Made by a program: the position numbers and the translations under genes. Positions 36,905 to 50,675 of a DNA stretch of 64,000 bases are shown here, one piece after another (the first letter of the stretch is position 1; every line of letters starts with the position of its first letter). Below the pieces are notes generated by a model. It had not been told where the DNA came from, did not search any database, and saw nothing but the letters and a program-made list of their open reading frames with translations. Source of the DNA: Mobula hypostoma (Eukaryota); NCBI RefSeq assembly GCF_963921235.1, contig NC_086097.1, positions 85,872,001 to 85,936,000 on the forward strand. Direction: 5' to 3'.

Positions 36905-39900
36905 TAACAAACACAAAATGCTGAAGGATCTCAACAGGTCAGGCAGCATCTATAGAAAGGAATAAAGAGTGGATGTTTCGGGCCAAGACCCTTCATCAGG
37001 ACTGGAAAGGAAGGGAGAAGAAACCAGAATAAGAAGGTTGGGGTCGGGGGAAGAGAGGAAGGATTACGAACTAGAAAGTAATAGGTGAAGTCAGGTGGAT
37101 GGGGGAGGTGGGACGAAGTGAAAAGGTGGGAGATGATAGGTGGAAAAGATGATCAAGGGTTGAAGAAGAAGGCAGCAGTAACCAGGATCATGGCACCATG
37201 GGTGGCTCAGCTGCTCATGAGGGCAAGAAAAAGAGTGGCGGGGCTGTTGTGGTAGGGGATTCCATGGTAAGGGGAATAGAGAGGAGCTTCTGTGGCTGCA
37301 AACGGGCCTCCCGTATGGTGTGTTGCCTCCCGGGTGCAAGGGTCAGGGATGTCCTGGAGAGGCTGCAGGGCATTCTGAAAGGGGAGGATGAGCAGCCAGC
37401 TGTCGTGGTGCATGTAGGTACTATAGGAAGGAAACAGGATGATGTCCTACAAGCTGAATTTAGGGAGCTAGGAGATAAATTAAAGAGTAGGACCTCAAAG
37501 GTAGTAATCTCAGGATTATTACCGGTGCCACGTGCTAGCCAGAGTTGGAATAACAGGATAGATAGAATGAATATGTGGCTTGAGCGGTGGTATAGGAGGG
37601 AGGGTTTCAGATTCTTGGGGCATTGGAACCGCTTCTGGGGGAGTTGGGACCAGTACCATCCGGATGGTCTACGTCTGGGTGGGGCCGGGATCAATGTCCT
37701 GGGGAGATTGTTTGCTAGTGTTGTTGGGAAGGTTTTAAACTAATATGGTATGGGGATGGGAACCCACACAGAAAAGAAGAGGGAAGTGATGCAGAGACCA
37801 AAGCTAGAGTTAGTGAAGAAAAAAGTAAGAGTAGAGTACATAAAAGTAAAAAGCAAAAATTGTATAGGTCACTAGATTCTAAAAAGACAATGAGTATAAG
37901 GGCATTTTATCTAAATGCCCGTAGTATTAGAAACGAGGTTAGTGAACTTGTGGCACAGAGCAGTACTAAGACATATGATTTAGTAGCCGTTACAGAAACC
38001 TGGTTGCAAGGTGGAGATGACTGGGAATTAAATATCCAAGGGTATCAGGTAATACAGAAAGATAGACAGGAAGGCAGAGGAGTTGATGTGGCGCTCTTAA
38101 TTAAGGATAAGATCAGGGGAATTATGAGAGACGATATAAGATCTACGGAGCAGAATGTTGAGTCCATCTGGGTAGAGATTAAGAATAGTAAAGGGAAAAA
38201 ATCACTGGTGGGAGTTGTCTATAGGCCACCTAATAAAAATATTGCAGTGGCAGAGGCGATTAACCAAGAAATAACTCAGGCTTGTAAGAACAGAATGGCA
38301 GTTGTAATGGGTGATTTTAACTTCCACATAGATTGGATGAATCAGGTTGGTTAAGGAAGTCTTGAGGAGGACTACATAGAATGCATCCGTGATGGCTTTC
38401 TTGAGTAGCATGTTAGTGAACCTACAAGGGAAAATGCTATTTTAGATCTAGTCCTGTGCAATGAGACAGGTAAGATTAACGATCTTGTAGTCAGGGATAC
38501 TCCTGGAAAGAGTGATAATAGTATGATTGAATTTCGCGTACAGATGGAGGATGAAATAGTTAGATCTAAAACTAGTGTATTCTGCTTGAACAAGGGAGAC
38601 TACAACAGGATGAGGGAGGAGTTGGCTAATGTGGATTGGGAGCACAGGCTATTTGGTAAGACAGTTGAGGAACAGTGGAATGCTTTCAAAGAGATTTTTC
38701 ACGATGCTCAACAAAACTGTATTCCAGTCAAAAGTAAGGATAGTAAGTGTGGGGAGAGCCAGCCTTGGATAACTAAGGAAATAAAAGATCATGTATACAA
38801 AGTCGCAAAGACTAGTGGGAGACTGGAGGATTGGGAAAACTTTAAAAAGCAACAAAGAACAACTAAACAAGAGATAAGGAAAGGGAAGATAGAGTATGAA
38901 AGTAAATTACCACAAAATATAAAAACAGATAGCAGAAGTTTTCATAAATATATAAAGCGGAAGTGGGTGGCTAAAGTCAACGCAGGTCCCCTGCGAGACA
39001 AGAAGGGGAAATTGATATTGGGTGATAAGGAAATGGCTGAGGCATTGAACAACTATTTTGTGTCGGTCTTCACGGTGGAGGACATGTCTAATATGCCAAA
39101 GAATGATGTTATGGACGAAATGGGAGGTGAGGACCTCGATAAAATCACTGTCACTAAAGAGATAGTGATGAGCAAACTAGGGGGCCTGAAGGTAGATAAG
39201 TCCCCTGGTGCTGATGGGATGCATCCCAGGGTGCTGAGGGAATTGGCAGAGGTTATAGTAGACGTGTTGGTAATCATTTACCAAAATTCTCTAGACTCTG
39301 GGCAGGTCCCGGCGGATTGAAAGACAGCAAATGTCACACCACTTTTTAAAAAAGGATGCAGGCAAAAGACGGGCAACTATAGGCCAGTTAGCTTAACATC
39401 TGTAGTTGGGAAAGTGCTTGAAGCTGTCATTAAAGAAGAAATAGCAAAACATTTAGAAAGGAGTGGTTCCATTAGACGGACACAGCATGGAAGCAGAAAG
39501 AGCAGATCCTGTTTGACAAACTTACTGGAGTTCTTTGAGAACATAATGAGTGCAGTGGATAGAGGGGAACAGGTGGATGTCGTATACTTGGATTTCCAGA
39601 AGGCGTTCGATAAGGTGCCACACAAGAGATTTATAAATAAGATACGGATGCATGGAGTTGGAGGAAGTGTATTGGCATGGATAGTGGATTGGTTAGCTAA
39701 TAGAAGGCAGAGAGTAGGTACACGTATAAATGGGTGTTTCTCCGGTTGGTAGTCAGTGGTGAGAATTGGGCCCACAGCTGTTTACCAGTTACATTGATGA
39801 TTTGGAAGAGGTGACTGGGTGTAGAGTAGCAAAATTTGCTGATGACACTAAACTAAGTGGAAAAGCAAATTGTACAGAGGATGTGCAGAGTCTGCAGAGG

Positions 39901-41812
39901 GATATAGATAGGTTAAGTGAGTGGGCCAAGGTCTGGCAGATGGAATATAATGTTGGTAAATGCGAAATCATCCGCTTTGGAAGGAATAATAGAAGAACAG
40001 ATTATTATTTAAATGGTAAAAGATTGTAGCATGCCATTGTGCAGAAGGACTTGGGAGTGCTTGAACATGAATTGCAAAACGTTGGCTTGCAGGTACAACA
40101 GGTTATTAAGAAGGCAAATGGAATGTCGGCCTTCATTGCTAGAGGGATTGAATTCAAGAGCAGAGAGGTCTTGCTGCAACTATACAGGGTACTGGTGAGG
40201 CCGCACCTGGAGTACTGTGTGCAGTTCTGGTCTCCACACTTGAGGAAGGATATACTGGCTTTGGAGGCAATGCAGAGGAGGTTCACCAGATTTATTCTAG
40301 TGATGAAGGGGTTAACCTATGAGGCGAGATTGGCTCACCTGGGACTATACTCTCTGGAATTCAGAAGAATGAGCGGGGATCTTATCGAAACATACCAAAT
40401 TTTGAAAGGGATAAATAATATAGAAGTAGGAAAGTTGTTTCCATTGGTAGGTGAGACTAGAACTAGGGGACATTACCTCAAAATTCAGGGTAGAAGATTT
40501 CGGACGGAGATGAGGAGAAACTGTTTTTCCCAGAGAGTGGTGAATCTCTGGAATTCTCTGCCCAGGGAAGCAACTGAGGCTTTTTCACTAAATATATTTA
40601 AGATACAGTTAGATAGATTTTTACATAGTAGGGGAATTAAGGGTTATGGGGAAAGGACAGGTAGATGGAGCTGAGTTTACAGATCAGCCATGATCTTATT
40701 GAATGGCGGGGCAGGCTTGATTGGCCGGATGGTCTACTCCTGCTCCTATTTCTTATGTCCTTATGTTCTTATAAGAAGAAGGAATCTGATAGGAGAAGAG
40801 AGTGGACCATGGAAGAAAGGGAAGGAGGTAGGTACCCACGGGGAGGTGATAGGAAGTTGAGGAGATGAGACGAGATAAGAAGGGAGGAGAGAAATTACTG
40901 GAAGTTAAAGAAATCAAAGTTCATGTCATCAGATTGGAGAGTACTCAGACAGAATATAAGGTGTTGCTCCTCTAACCTGAGAGTGGCCTCTCCATGACAG
41001 TAAAGGAGGCCTTGAATCAACATGTCAGGATGGGAATGGTGATTGAAATTAAAATGATTAGTCACTGGAAAACCCTGCTTGTTGCAAACTGAATAAGGTG
41101 CTTGACGAAGCGGTCCATCAATTTATGTCAGGTCTCACTGATATAGAGGAGGCAACATCAGGAGCACCAGATACAGTAGATGACCCCAAAAGATTTGCAG
41201 GTGAAGTGCTGCCACACCTGGAAAGACTGTTTTGGGTCTTGAATGAAGGTGAAGGAGGAGTGGAATGGACAAGTGTGGCACTTCAGCTTATAGGAGTAGA
41301 TGTCAGGAGGGAGATTAGTGGGGAGGGACGAATGGACAATGGAATTACGGAGAGAGCAGTCTCAGCAGAAAGTGGAGAGTGGGGGGGCGGTAAAGGTATG
41401 TTTGGTGGTAGGATCTTGTTGAACAGAACGGAAGTTGCGGAGAATTATATGTTGGATGTGGAGGTTCATGGGGTGGTAGGTAGGAAAAGAGGAACTCTAT
41501 CTCTGTTAAGGCGGGGAGAAGATTGGTTAAGGGTGGATGCCTGGGAAATGGATGAGGTGCAGATGAAGGCAGCATTAACGATGGAGGAAGAGAAACCCTT
41601 CTTCTTTGAAAGAGGAAGACTTCATTGGTGTTCTGGAAAGAAAAGCCTCATGCAATGGAGACAAAGGAACTGAGAAAAGGGAATGGCAGTTTTACAGGTG
41701 ACAGGGTGGAAAGGTGTATAGTAAAGATAGTCAATAGGTTTATAAAAGATATTGGTAGACAGTTTGTCTTAGAGATGGAGAAAAGGGAGAGGGGTGTCAC
41801 AAATGAACTAAG
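36905..41812 (-). mobile_element. Penelope-like retroelement (GIY-YIG end plus hammerhead-bearing terminal repeat), split by a CR1 insertion
   Basis: Minus strand 41131-41245 reads QSFQVWQHFTCKSFGVIYCIWCS*CCLLYISET (GIY-YIG motif); hammerhead core at 36966-37005; purine-rich segment is continuous across the CR1. Confidence 0.8.
37173..40772 (+). mobile_element. CR1 LINE, 5'-truncated in ORF1; ORF1 SGNH-esterase plus disrupted ORF2 (APE endonuclease + RT)
   Basis: ORF1 AVVVGDSMVRG...VVVHVGT (37198-37743); ORF2 YLNARSIRN, ETWL, GDFN, YLDFQKAFDKVPH and KFADDTK with several in-frame stops; 8-bp tail repeats TCTTATGT; 10-bp TSD AAGAAGAAGG (37163-37172, 40773-40782). Confidence 0.95.
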
Positions 41813-41859
41813 TGAATTTAAGGGCAGGATGGAAGTTGTCCTTGTATTCAAATAACTGA

Positions 41860-42838
41860 AAGTTAACAAGCAGGTATAACAAGCCTAGGAAGACACATAA
41901 TATGTTGGCCATTACTGCAAGAGGTTTTGTGTAGAAGAATAGAAATATCTTGCTCTATTCAATTATGGTGCTGATGGAATATATTATACAGATCTAGCCT
42001 CCTTTCCAAAGGAAGGATATATTTATGATAGGGGAAGTGTGGTAAAAGTCCACATAATTTATTCCGAGAAAGAGGAAATTACACTTGGTTATGTTAGTGA
42101 TGAACATTCCATTCTTTTGTCTAATCATCCTTCATTGACTATTGTAAATGAGTTGTTAAACCATTTTAAATTAAAATTAATATTTGCCTCGAAAGGGTGA
42201 ACATTCAGGATGGCTGCCATCAATATTAAGTTTTAAAGTCAGTTATCTGATTCTCTCTTAGCTGTTTAGCATTGTGCTGTGCATGAACTGTTGGCATATT
42301 TGTTATGACACATTAAGTCAGAGGCACATTTGGATGCTCACATTTAGTGAACACTAGGACAGAAGTCTTCAAGGTGGTGGTGCAGAGGAGGTTCACGAGG
42401 TTGATTCCATAGATGAGGGGAGATTGAGTTGCCTGAGACCGTATTTGCTGGAATTCAAAGGAATGAGAGAGAATCTTATTGTAACATAAGATTATGAAAG
42501 GGATAGATAAGGTTGAGACAGGAAAGTTGGCTCCACTGGTAAGTGAGACCAAAACTAGAGAAAAGGGCCTCAAGGTTTGAGGGAATAGATTTAGGAAAGA
42601 GATCAGAAGAAACTGCTTTTCCCACAAAGTAGTGAAACAGTTGAATTCCCTGCCCAAGGAAGCAGTAGAAGCTACCTTATTACATATATTTAAGACATAG
42701 TTAGATCGATTTTTGCATAGCAGGGCAGGTAGATGGAACTGAATCCATAGCCAGATGAACCATGATCTTATTGAATGATGGAGCAGTTTTGATGGACCAG
42801 ATGGCCTATTCCTGCTCCTTCATTTTCTTATGTTCTTA
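41860..42838 (+). mobile_element. Decayed CR1 3' fragments
   Basis: VQRRFTRLIP and GKLAPLVSETKTR...CFSHKVV motifs, ending in CTTATGTTCTT tail. Confidence 0.75.
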
Positions 42839-45132
42839 AATCTACAATGGGTGATCTGGAAATGATCATCTCTGTATGTCAGTAAGAACAGTGTATACAT
42901 CAGCTGCAAAGGCATTTTGCTGTCTCCAGCCAGTGCTAGTCCATTATACAACAGTTGAATTTAAAAGGAATAGACATATAATTTGAAATTTTCAGTGAGT
43001 AATATTTAGGCTTCTAAATTAAGAAGCATAAACTTCAGTACACCAAAACCGTTATTATTTTATGATAAACTCCAGAAGGAAAGCAATGACTGTCCATTTT
43101 GAAATATCAACACCTGCACAAATGTCAGCTATCGATATTCTCGTCTCAATAACACACTGGGGCCAGTTAGAAAATAGACTGAGCTCATGTGGAGCATCAG
43201 CTCACCTCAGTCCAAATTACATTTTAGACAATTAAAAGTGCAAAAAGTAAAGCAATCATCCCACCCACCATTACTACATGTCTCAAGATGAAGTCATCAT
43301 GTAGCTAATCAGGCTAGGGCTGTTGAGTACTAACCCCCATTTCAGAATGTTTTTATTCCTTTAAATAGCTCTTGCATGCAACTTGTACACCACTACAGCC
43401 ATGCCTGAAATGACTACATACTTCCTCCCACCTTAATGGATATCTCGAAGCCTATTCAATCCATTAACAGGGGCAGACACATTTCTAGAATTATATGCTT
43501 GGAATTTACTTGAAGTACAAATCAATATGTAGTTGGACAGGTCATTAATGCACATTCTCCAAAACTTAATTATTGATTGCGTGCTGATTAGAAAAAGAAG
43601 AGATCCAAACAGACGAGATGCAATGACAGAGATCTAAAAGTAGACAAATAGAAAACGGATGTATTCAAATATTTACTTTCATAAATAGCATAAATCATGT
43701 CCTTTCGCCTGAATAGCATGTAATTTGAAGTTGCCAGAGTAGCAGTTTCATTTTTAACCACAGAGCTGCTCACTAACTACTGTGCACGTATTTGCGTAGT
43801 TACCATCAGCCCAGGCAGCTGAATATTGGAATTTCCTGACATGGTGGTTATTAGTTTAAGGATAATTTTCTATGCAGTTATTTATTACAGCACATATTAG
43901 TTTAAAAAGACACTTCTACAGTGCCAACAAGTTTGATTTAATTGAAATTGAAATCAATTCAACAATGTTAGTAGCAATAATAGAAACAGTGAAAAAGATT
44001 GGGTCTTGCACTATCACAAAATCAACAGATATGCTTTCAGTTGCAGTCTATACTTAGGAAGCAATCAGGCATTCCCACAAACAGCATAACCCGTTGCTAA
44101 CCCTTTATATTTTTTGCTGTCCGATCTTAAAGCCCAATCCATGTTGTATCTTGATCAGGAAGCTCCTAAGTAAGTGCACATTCTCAGCATTCCTGATGTG
44201 CTTGCCTCAACAGCTTCAACTGTTCTAGTCAGCAGTAAATTACCCCAACCCTGAGTGACTCCACTGAATTCAGTCTGGCTGTCAGTTTACTGCAAAGAGG
44301 TTTCAGATTTTGTCTAGCTGGTGAAAAACAAATTTTACCTGTTGAATAAACCTCGTGAGATTCTTCATAGCAATTGTTTGTGTGTTTTAGCTCAAAAGTT
44401 GTGCCAATGATTTCAATAATTGTGATTAATGAATGATTGTGTTGTTCTCAACAAAAATTAATTGTGTAACCCCTATGGCAACATCCCTAATAGAAGGTTT
44501 CATGAACTAAGTTCCAGATTGTGCAGAATAACAATTTGGTTCAAACTTAAGTTGGAAATTCTTAAACAAATTTTAAGTCAGTGAGTTCCTGTAATACAAA
44601 TTAAACGTTCACCAGGTGCTGAAAATCTAAGTTAAGATGAGAAAATGCTTGAAAAGCACAACAGGTCAGGATGCATCTGTGGTGACTGGAACACTAGCAT
44701 TGTAACCAAAGGGCCCTTACGAATAAAGGATGATTTTTAGGATGCAACTATAAACATCCTGAACTAAACAAATGTGTTTTACTCAGAATGAGCATTTTCC
44801 CTAAGGTAAGGAGAAAGTGATACCATGGGAGACCAAAACAAAGCATGACGATAGAGATTTGGATCAAAAGCATATGGCCTCTGTCCCACAGGTAGACAAT
44901 ATGTTGTTTAAAGAGAGAGTCAGAAGGTCAGATGAAGAAACTTCCAAGGGTACATCAAACCTGAGTTAACTAAAACTGTGAAAATCAATACAAAAATGTA
45001 ATACTACAAATTTGTTAATTTAAGTTGCTTCAAGTTTGCTTGCTTTACTGTCTCCTCTCACAATTTGCCAATTATTATTTGAGTTTTGCTAGGAAAGAGT
45101 GGGAGTTGGGGGACAACTTTGCACTTCAATAT

Positions 45133-48100
45133 TGAAACATAGAAACATAGAAAATAGGTGCAGGAGTAGGCCATTCGGCCCTTCGAGCCTGCACCGCCAT
45201 TTATTATGATCATGGCTGATCATCCAACTCAGAACCCCGCCCCAGCCTTCCCTCCATACCCCCTGACCCCCGTAGCCACAAGGGCCATATCTAACTCCCT
45301 CTTAAATATAGCCAATGAACTGGCCTCAACTGTTTCCTGTGGCAGAGAATTCCACAGATTCACCACTCTCTGTGTGAAGAAGTTTTTCCTGATCTCGGTC
45401 CTAAAAGGCTTCCCCTTTATCCTCAAACTGTGGCCCCTCGTTCTGGACTTCCCCAACATCGGGAACAATCTTCCTGCATCTAGCCTGTCCAATCCCTTTA
45501 GGATTTTATACGTTTCAATCAGATCCCCCCTCAATCTTCTAAATTCCAACGAGTACAAGCCCAGTTCATCCAGTCTTTCTTCATATGAAAGTCCTGCCAT
45601 CTCAGGAATCAATCTGGTGAACCTTCTTTGTACTCCCTCTATGGCAAGGATGTCTTTCCTCAGATTAGGGGACCAAAACTGCACACAATACTCCAGGTGT
45701 TGTCTCACCAAGGCCTTGTACAACTGCAGTAGTACCTCCCTGCTCTTGTACTCGAATCCTCTCACTATAACTGCCAGCATACCATTCGCCTTTTTCACCG
45801 CCTGATGTACCTGCATGCCCACTTTCAATGACTGGTGTATAATGACACCCAGGTCTCGTTGCACCTCCCCTTTTCCTAATCGGCCACCATTCAGATAATA
45901 ATCTGTTTTCCTATTTTTGCCACCAAAGTGGATAACTTCACATTTATCCACATTAAATTGCATCTGCCATGAATTTGCCCACTCACCCAACCTATCCAAG
46001 TCACCCTGCATCCTCTTAGCATCCTCCTCACAGTTAACACTGCCACCCAGCTTTGTGTCATCCGCAAACTTGGAGATGCTGCATTTAATTCCCTCATCCA
46101 AGTCATTAATATATATTGTAAACAACTGGGGTCCCAGCACTGAGCCTTGCGGTACCCCACTAGTCACTGCCTGCCATTCTGAAAGGTCCCGTTTATCCCC
46201 ACTCTTTGTTTCCTGTCTGCTAACCAATTCTCCATCCACATCAATACCTTACCCCCAATACTGTGTGCTTTAAGTTTGCACACTAATCTCCTGTGTGGGA
46301 CCTTGTCAAAAGCCTTTTGAAAATCCAAATATACCACATCCACTGGTTCTCCCCTATCCACTCTACTAGTTACATCCTCAAAAAATTCTATGAGATTCGT
46401 CAGACATGATTTTCCTTTCACAAATCCATGCTGACTTTGTCCGATCATTTCACCGCTTTCCAAATGTGCTGTTATCACATCTTGGATAACTGACTCCAGC
46501 AGTTTCCCCACCACCGACGTTAGGCTAACCGGTCTATAATTCCCCGGTTTCTCTCTCCCTCCTTTTTTAAAAAGCGGGGTTACATTAGCCACCCTCCAAT
46601 CCTCAGGAACTAGTCCAGAATCTAACGAGTTTTGAAAAATTATCACTAATGCATCCACTATTTCTTGGGCTACTTCCTTAAGCACTCTAGGATGCAGACC
46701 ATCTGGCCTTGGGGATTTATCTGCCTTCAATCCCTTCAATTTACCTAACACCACTTCCCTACTAACATGTATTTCGCTCAGTTCCTCCATCTCACTGGAT
46801 CCTCTGTCCCCTACTATTTCTGGAAGATTATTTATGTCCTCCTTAGTGAAGACAGAACCAAAGTAATTATTCAATTGGTCTGCCATGTCCTTGCTCCCCA
46901 TAATCAATTCACCTGTTTCTGTCTGTAGGGGACCTACATTTGTCTTTATCAGTCTTTTCCTTTCTACATATCTATAAAAGCTTTTACAGTCAGTTTTTAT
47001 GTTCCCTGCCAGTTTTCTCTCATAATCTTTTTTCCCCTTCCTAATTAAGCCCTTTGTCCTCCTCTGCTGAACTCTGAATTTCTCCCAGTCCTCAGGTGAG
47101 CCACTTTCTCTGGCTAATTTGTATGCTTCTTCTTTGGAATTGATACTATCCCTAATTTCTCTTGTCAGCCACGGGTGCACTACCTTCCTTGATTTATTCT
47201 TTTGCCAAACTGGGATGAACAATTGTTGTAGTTCATCCATGCAACCTTTAAATGCTTGCCATTGCATATCCACCGTCAATCCTTTAAGTGTCATTTGCCA
47301 GTCTATCTTAGCTAATTCACGTCTCATACCTTCAAAGTTACCCCTCTTTAAGTTCAGAACCTTTGTTTCTGAATTAACTATGTCACTCTCCATCTTAATG
47401 AAGAATTCCACCATATTATGCTCACTCTTACCCAAGCGGCCTCTCACGACAAGATTGCTAATGAACCCTTCCTCATTGCTCAAAACCCATTCCAGAATAG
47501 CCTGCTCTCTAGTTGGTTCCTCGACATGTTGGTTCAAAAAACCATCTCGCATACATTCCAAGAAATCCTCTTCCTCAGCACCTTTACCAATTTGGTTCAC
47601 CCAATCTACATGTAGATTGAAGTCACCCATTATAACTGCTGTTCCTTTATTGCACACATTTCTAATTTCCTGTTTAATACCATCTCCGACCTCACTACTA
47701 CTGTTAGGTGGCCTGTACACAACTCCCACCAGTGTCTTCTGCCCCTTAGTGTTACGTAGCTCTACCCATATCGATTCCATCATCTTCCCGGCTTATGTCC
47801 TTCCTTTCTATTGCGTTAATCTCTCTTTAACCAGCAACGCCACCCCACCTCCCCTTCCTTCATGTCTATCCCTCCTGAATATTGAATATCCCTGAACGTT
47901 GAGCTCCCATCCCTGGTCACCCTGGAGCCATGTCTCTGTGATCCCAACTATATCATAATAATTAATAACAATCTGCACTTTCAATTCATCCACCTTATTA
48001 CGAATACTCCTTGCATTGACACACAAAGCCTTCAGGCGCTCTTTTACAACTCTCTTAGCCCTTATACAATTATGTTGAAAAGTGGCCCTTTTTAATGCTT

Positions 48101-48426
48101 GCCCTGGATTTGTCGGCCTGCCACTTTTACTTTTCTCCTTAGTACTTTTTGCTTCTACCCTCACTTTACACCCCTCTGTCTCTCTGCACTGGTTCCCATC
48201 CCCCTGTTGTGAACTAACCTCCTCACGCCTAGCCTCTTTAATTTGATTCCCACCCCCCAACCATTCTAGTTTAAAGTCACCTCAGTAGCCCTCGTTAATC
48301 TCCCTGCCAGGATATTGGTCCCCCTAGGATTCAAGTGTAACCCGTCCTTTTTGTACAGGTCACGCCTGCGCCAAAAGAGGTCCCAATGATCCAAAAACTT
48401 GAATCCCTGCCCCCTGCTCCAATCCC
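45133..48426 (-). mobile_element. Young CR1 LINE with near-intact ORF2 (three small indels) and end of ORF1
   Basis: ORFs 47808-48260, 46164-47783 and 45229-46239 together span APE (CVNARSIRNK, ETWL, GDFN) and RT (LDFQKAFDKVPH, GVPQGSVLGP, FADDTK); GAAACATA tail repeats; candidate TSD TCAATAT (45126-45132, 48427-48433). Confidence 0.95.
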
Positions 48427-49559
48427 TCAATATGTTATGGACCACTACAAAAGCATAGAGTCACACAGCACAGAAACAAGCATTCCAGTCCTCCCTGTCA
48501 TGCTGATCAAGTGCCCATCTATACTAATCTTACTATGCCTTGGAGATTCAGATCTCTTCTTTGTTCACGTATACTTCTCCTCGTTAGATTCACTGTGTCC
48601 CCCCCCAGTCAACTATTTCTCTTTTATAAATTGTAGCAATCTCTTCTGCCTCTGAGGTTTTTCTTTAGCCTTGCTCATTCTTCCTCCAAAGCTCTGTATG
48701 TTCTTGTCTCAATATCACTAGCAAGCTGAGCTGTGATTCCCCTGTGTCTAGAAAATACAGGCAGTTTCACCACAGATCCTAGGTTGCACCATGGCTACTT
48801 TAATCCAAGAAACTTCCATTTTTCTACATTTTGCTTACTGTCCACTAGCCTTTCCTCTATCTTTGAGGTAGCATTCTACATGCCTTAATTTTAATAAAGC
48901 ATCTCTCACAGGGCACCTTATTAAATGCCTTTTGAAAAATTAAATAGCATAACATCATTCACATTCCCCATATCAAGGCTTTCTTTATAAAAAGTCCATT
49001 ATATCATTCAAGCGTGACCTGTTCTTTGCAACCCTGATGACTTGCTGTGGCTTTCTAAATGTTCACTAATGTCATGTCACATTATGGATTCCAACTGGGT
49101 GGTTTTATGATTTTATGCTACTTGCTGGGAGTTCTGCTCAGCCAGGATACATTATGGGAAATTGAGGGTATGCTGAACACAATTTTATTATTTGCCGAGG
49201 GATAGTGGCACAGAAGGGAAAATTACAAATAACGCCGTGGCACGAAGAATCAAATAATTTTAGGTAGAAAGGCAAAGACAAAGGGGAAGGGAAAGAAGTG
49301 TCTAGGTGTTTAAGGGCATGTCATCAGGAATGATGAATTCTTTATTCCAGGTGAAATTTCAGTATTACTCTGACCCAAGCCTCCACTGTTGTTCTTGTCT
49401 CTGAGTGTGTAAAATGTTGTTTTCTTATAATTCCACCATCAACCACCCAACCTCTTCCACAAAACATTCTCCTTGTCTTCACCCATGGTCTCCGATTTCA
49501 ACAAATCCTCACACCTTCATCCTCTTTCCTTTTGTCTGAATAAACCAAAATATTTCCAT

Positions 49560-50675
49560 TTTACAGGCAGGTCTTAATATTTCCATGATCTAGTTATCAA
49601 GAAATAGCCAGTCATAAAACATAAGCTCTGGTGTCCCCTGAGGTTCTATAAATATCTCACCTCTTCCTTTCTATTTATTACTAACAATGATATTATCTTC
49701 TTCCCTTTATGCACTGACAGTATCAAACTCCAATTTTTCCATCTCTGTTTTCCTCTGTTCTGTGAAAGCACTTATCTTTGCTCCTTGAGTTACCCTTAAT
49801 TTCCTCTGCAAAGCTAATGAAAGACATTTACCTCCTACCACAGACATCTCCTGTTAATTACTAAGCTAAATTCCCCAACCACAAATAAAATGAGACAGTG
49901 CAGTAGTCTGGCAACTTGATTTACACTGCGTTTTCATCTCATTTCCTCTCTATCATAAAGATCTCCATTCCTCTCCTTCAGTATCTCCAGCTTCCAACCC
50001 TACTTTGGTCCAACCACAATTGAAACACCTATTTTTGCTTCGTATCCACACTGATCTAAGTCATCTCCTTCACAACCTGCCAGTTCTCAATCTCACCTAG
50101 AATTTTTAGATCATAAGGCATAGAAGCAGAATTAGGCCATACAGCCCATCAACTCCATACACCTGCCTTCTCACTATACCCTTTGATACCCTGACCAATC
50201 AGGAAACTATCAACTTCTGCCTTAAATATATTCACGGACTTGGCCTCCACCACAGTCTGTGGCCAAGCAGTCCACAGATTTGCTACTGTCTGGCTAAAAA
50301 AATTCTTCCTTACCTCTGTTCTAAAAGATCACCCCTCAATCTTGAGGCTGTTCCCTCTAGTTCTGGATACCCCCACCATAGGAAGCATCCTCTCCATATC
50401 TACCTTATCTAGTCCTTTCAACATTTGGTAAGTATCAATGAGATCCCCCACATTCTTCTAGATTCTAGTGAGTACAGGCCCAAAGCTGCCAGACACCCTT
50501 CATATATTAAACCGTTCATTCCCGAAATTCTTCTTCTCATAATCAATCCTGTGCCTTCTGGTTTACCCATCCAACCTTGCTGAAATACACTGGCTCCTGA
50601 TTCATTAATTTTCTATTCAAAATTCTTAGCATTTGTTTTAAATCTCTCCAGTTCCTTGCATTCCCCCAAGTCTGC
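49560..50675 (+). mobile_element. Old L2-like LINE remnant interrupted by a CR1 3' fragment (about 50108-50525, minus)
   Basis: Degenerate GVP.GS, ETPIFA (ETLIHAF-like) and IHWLL..F.FKIL motifs; CR1 tail CATAAGGCATAGAAGCAGAATTAGGCC. Confidence 0.5.

Noticed and set aside
41098..41673. 191-aa + strand ORF
   Set aside because: It is the antisense shadow of the decayed minus-strand Penelope coding region.
45206..47895. + strand ORFs of 199, 118 and 258 aa
   Set aside because: They are antisense reading frames of CR1 ORF2.
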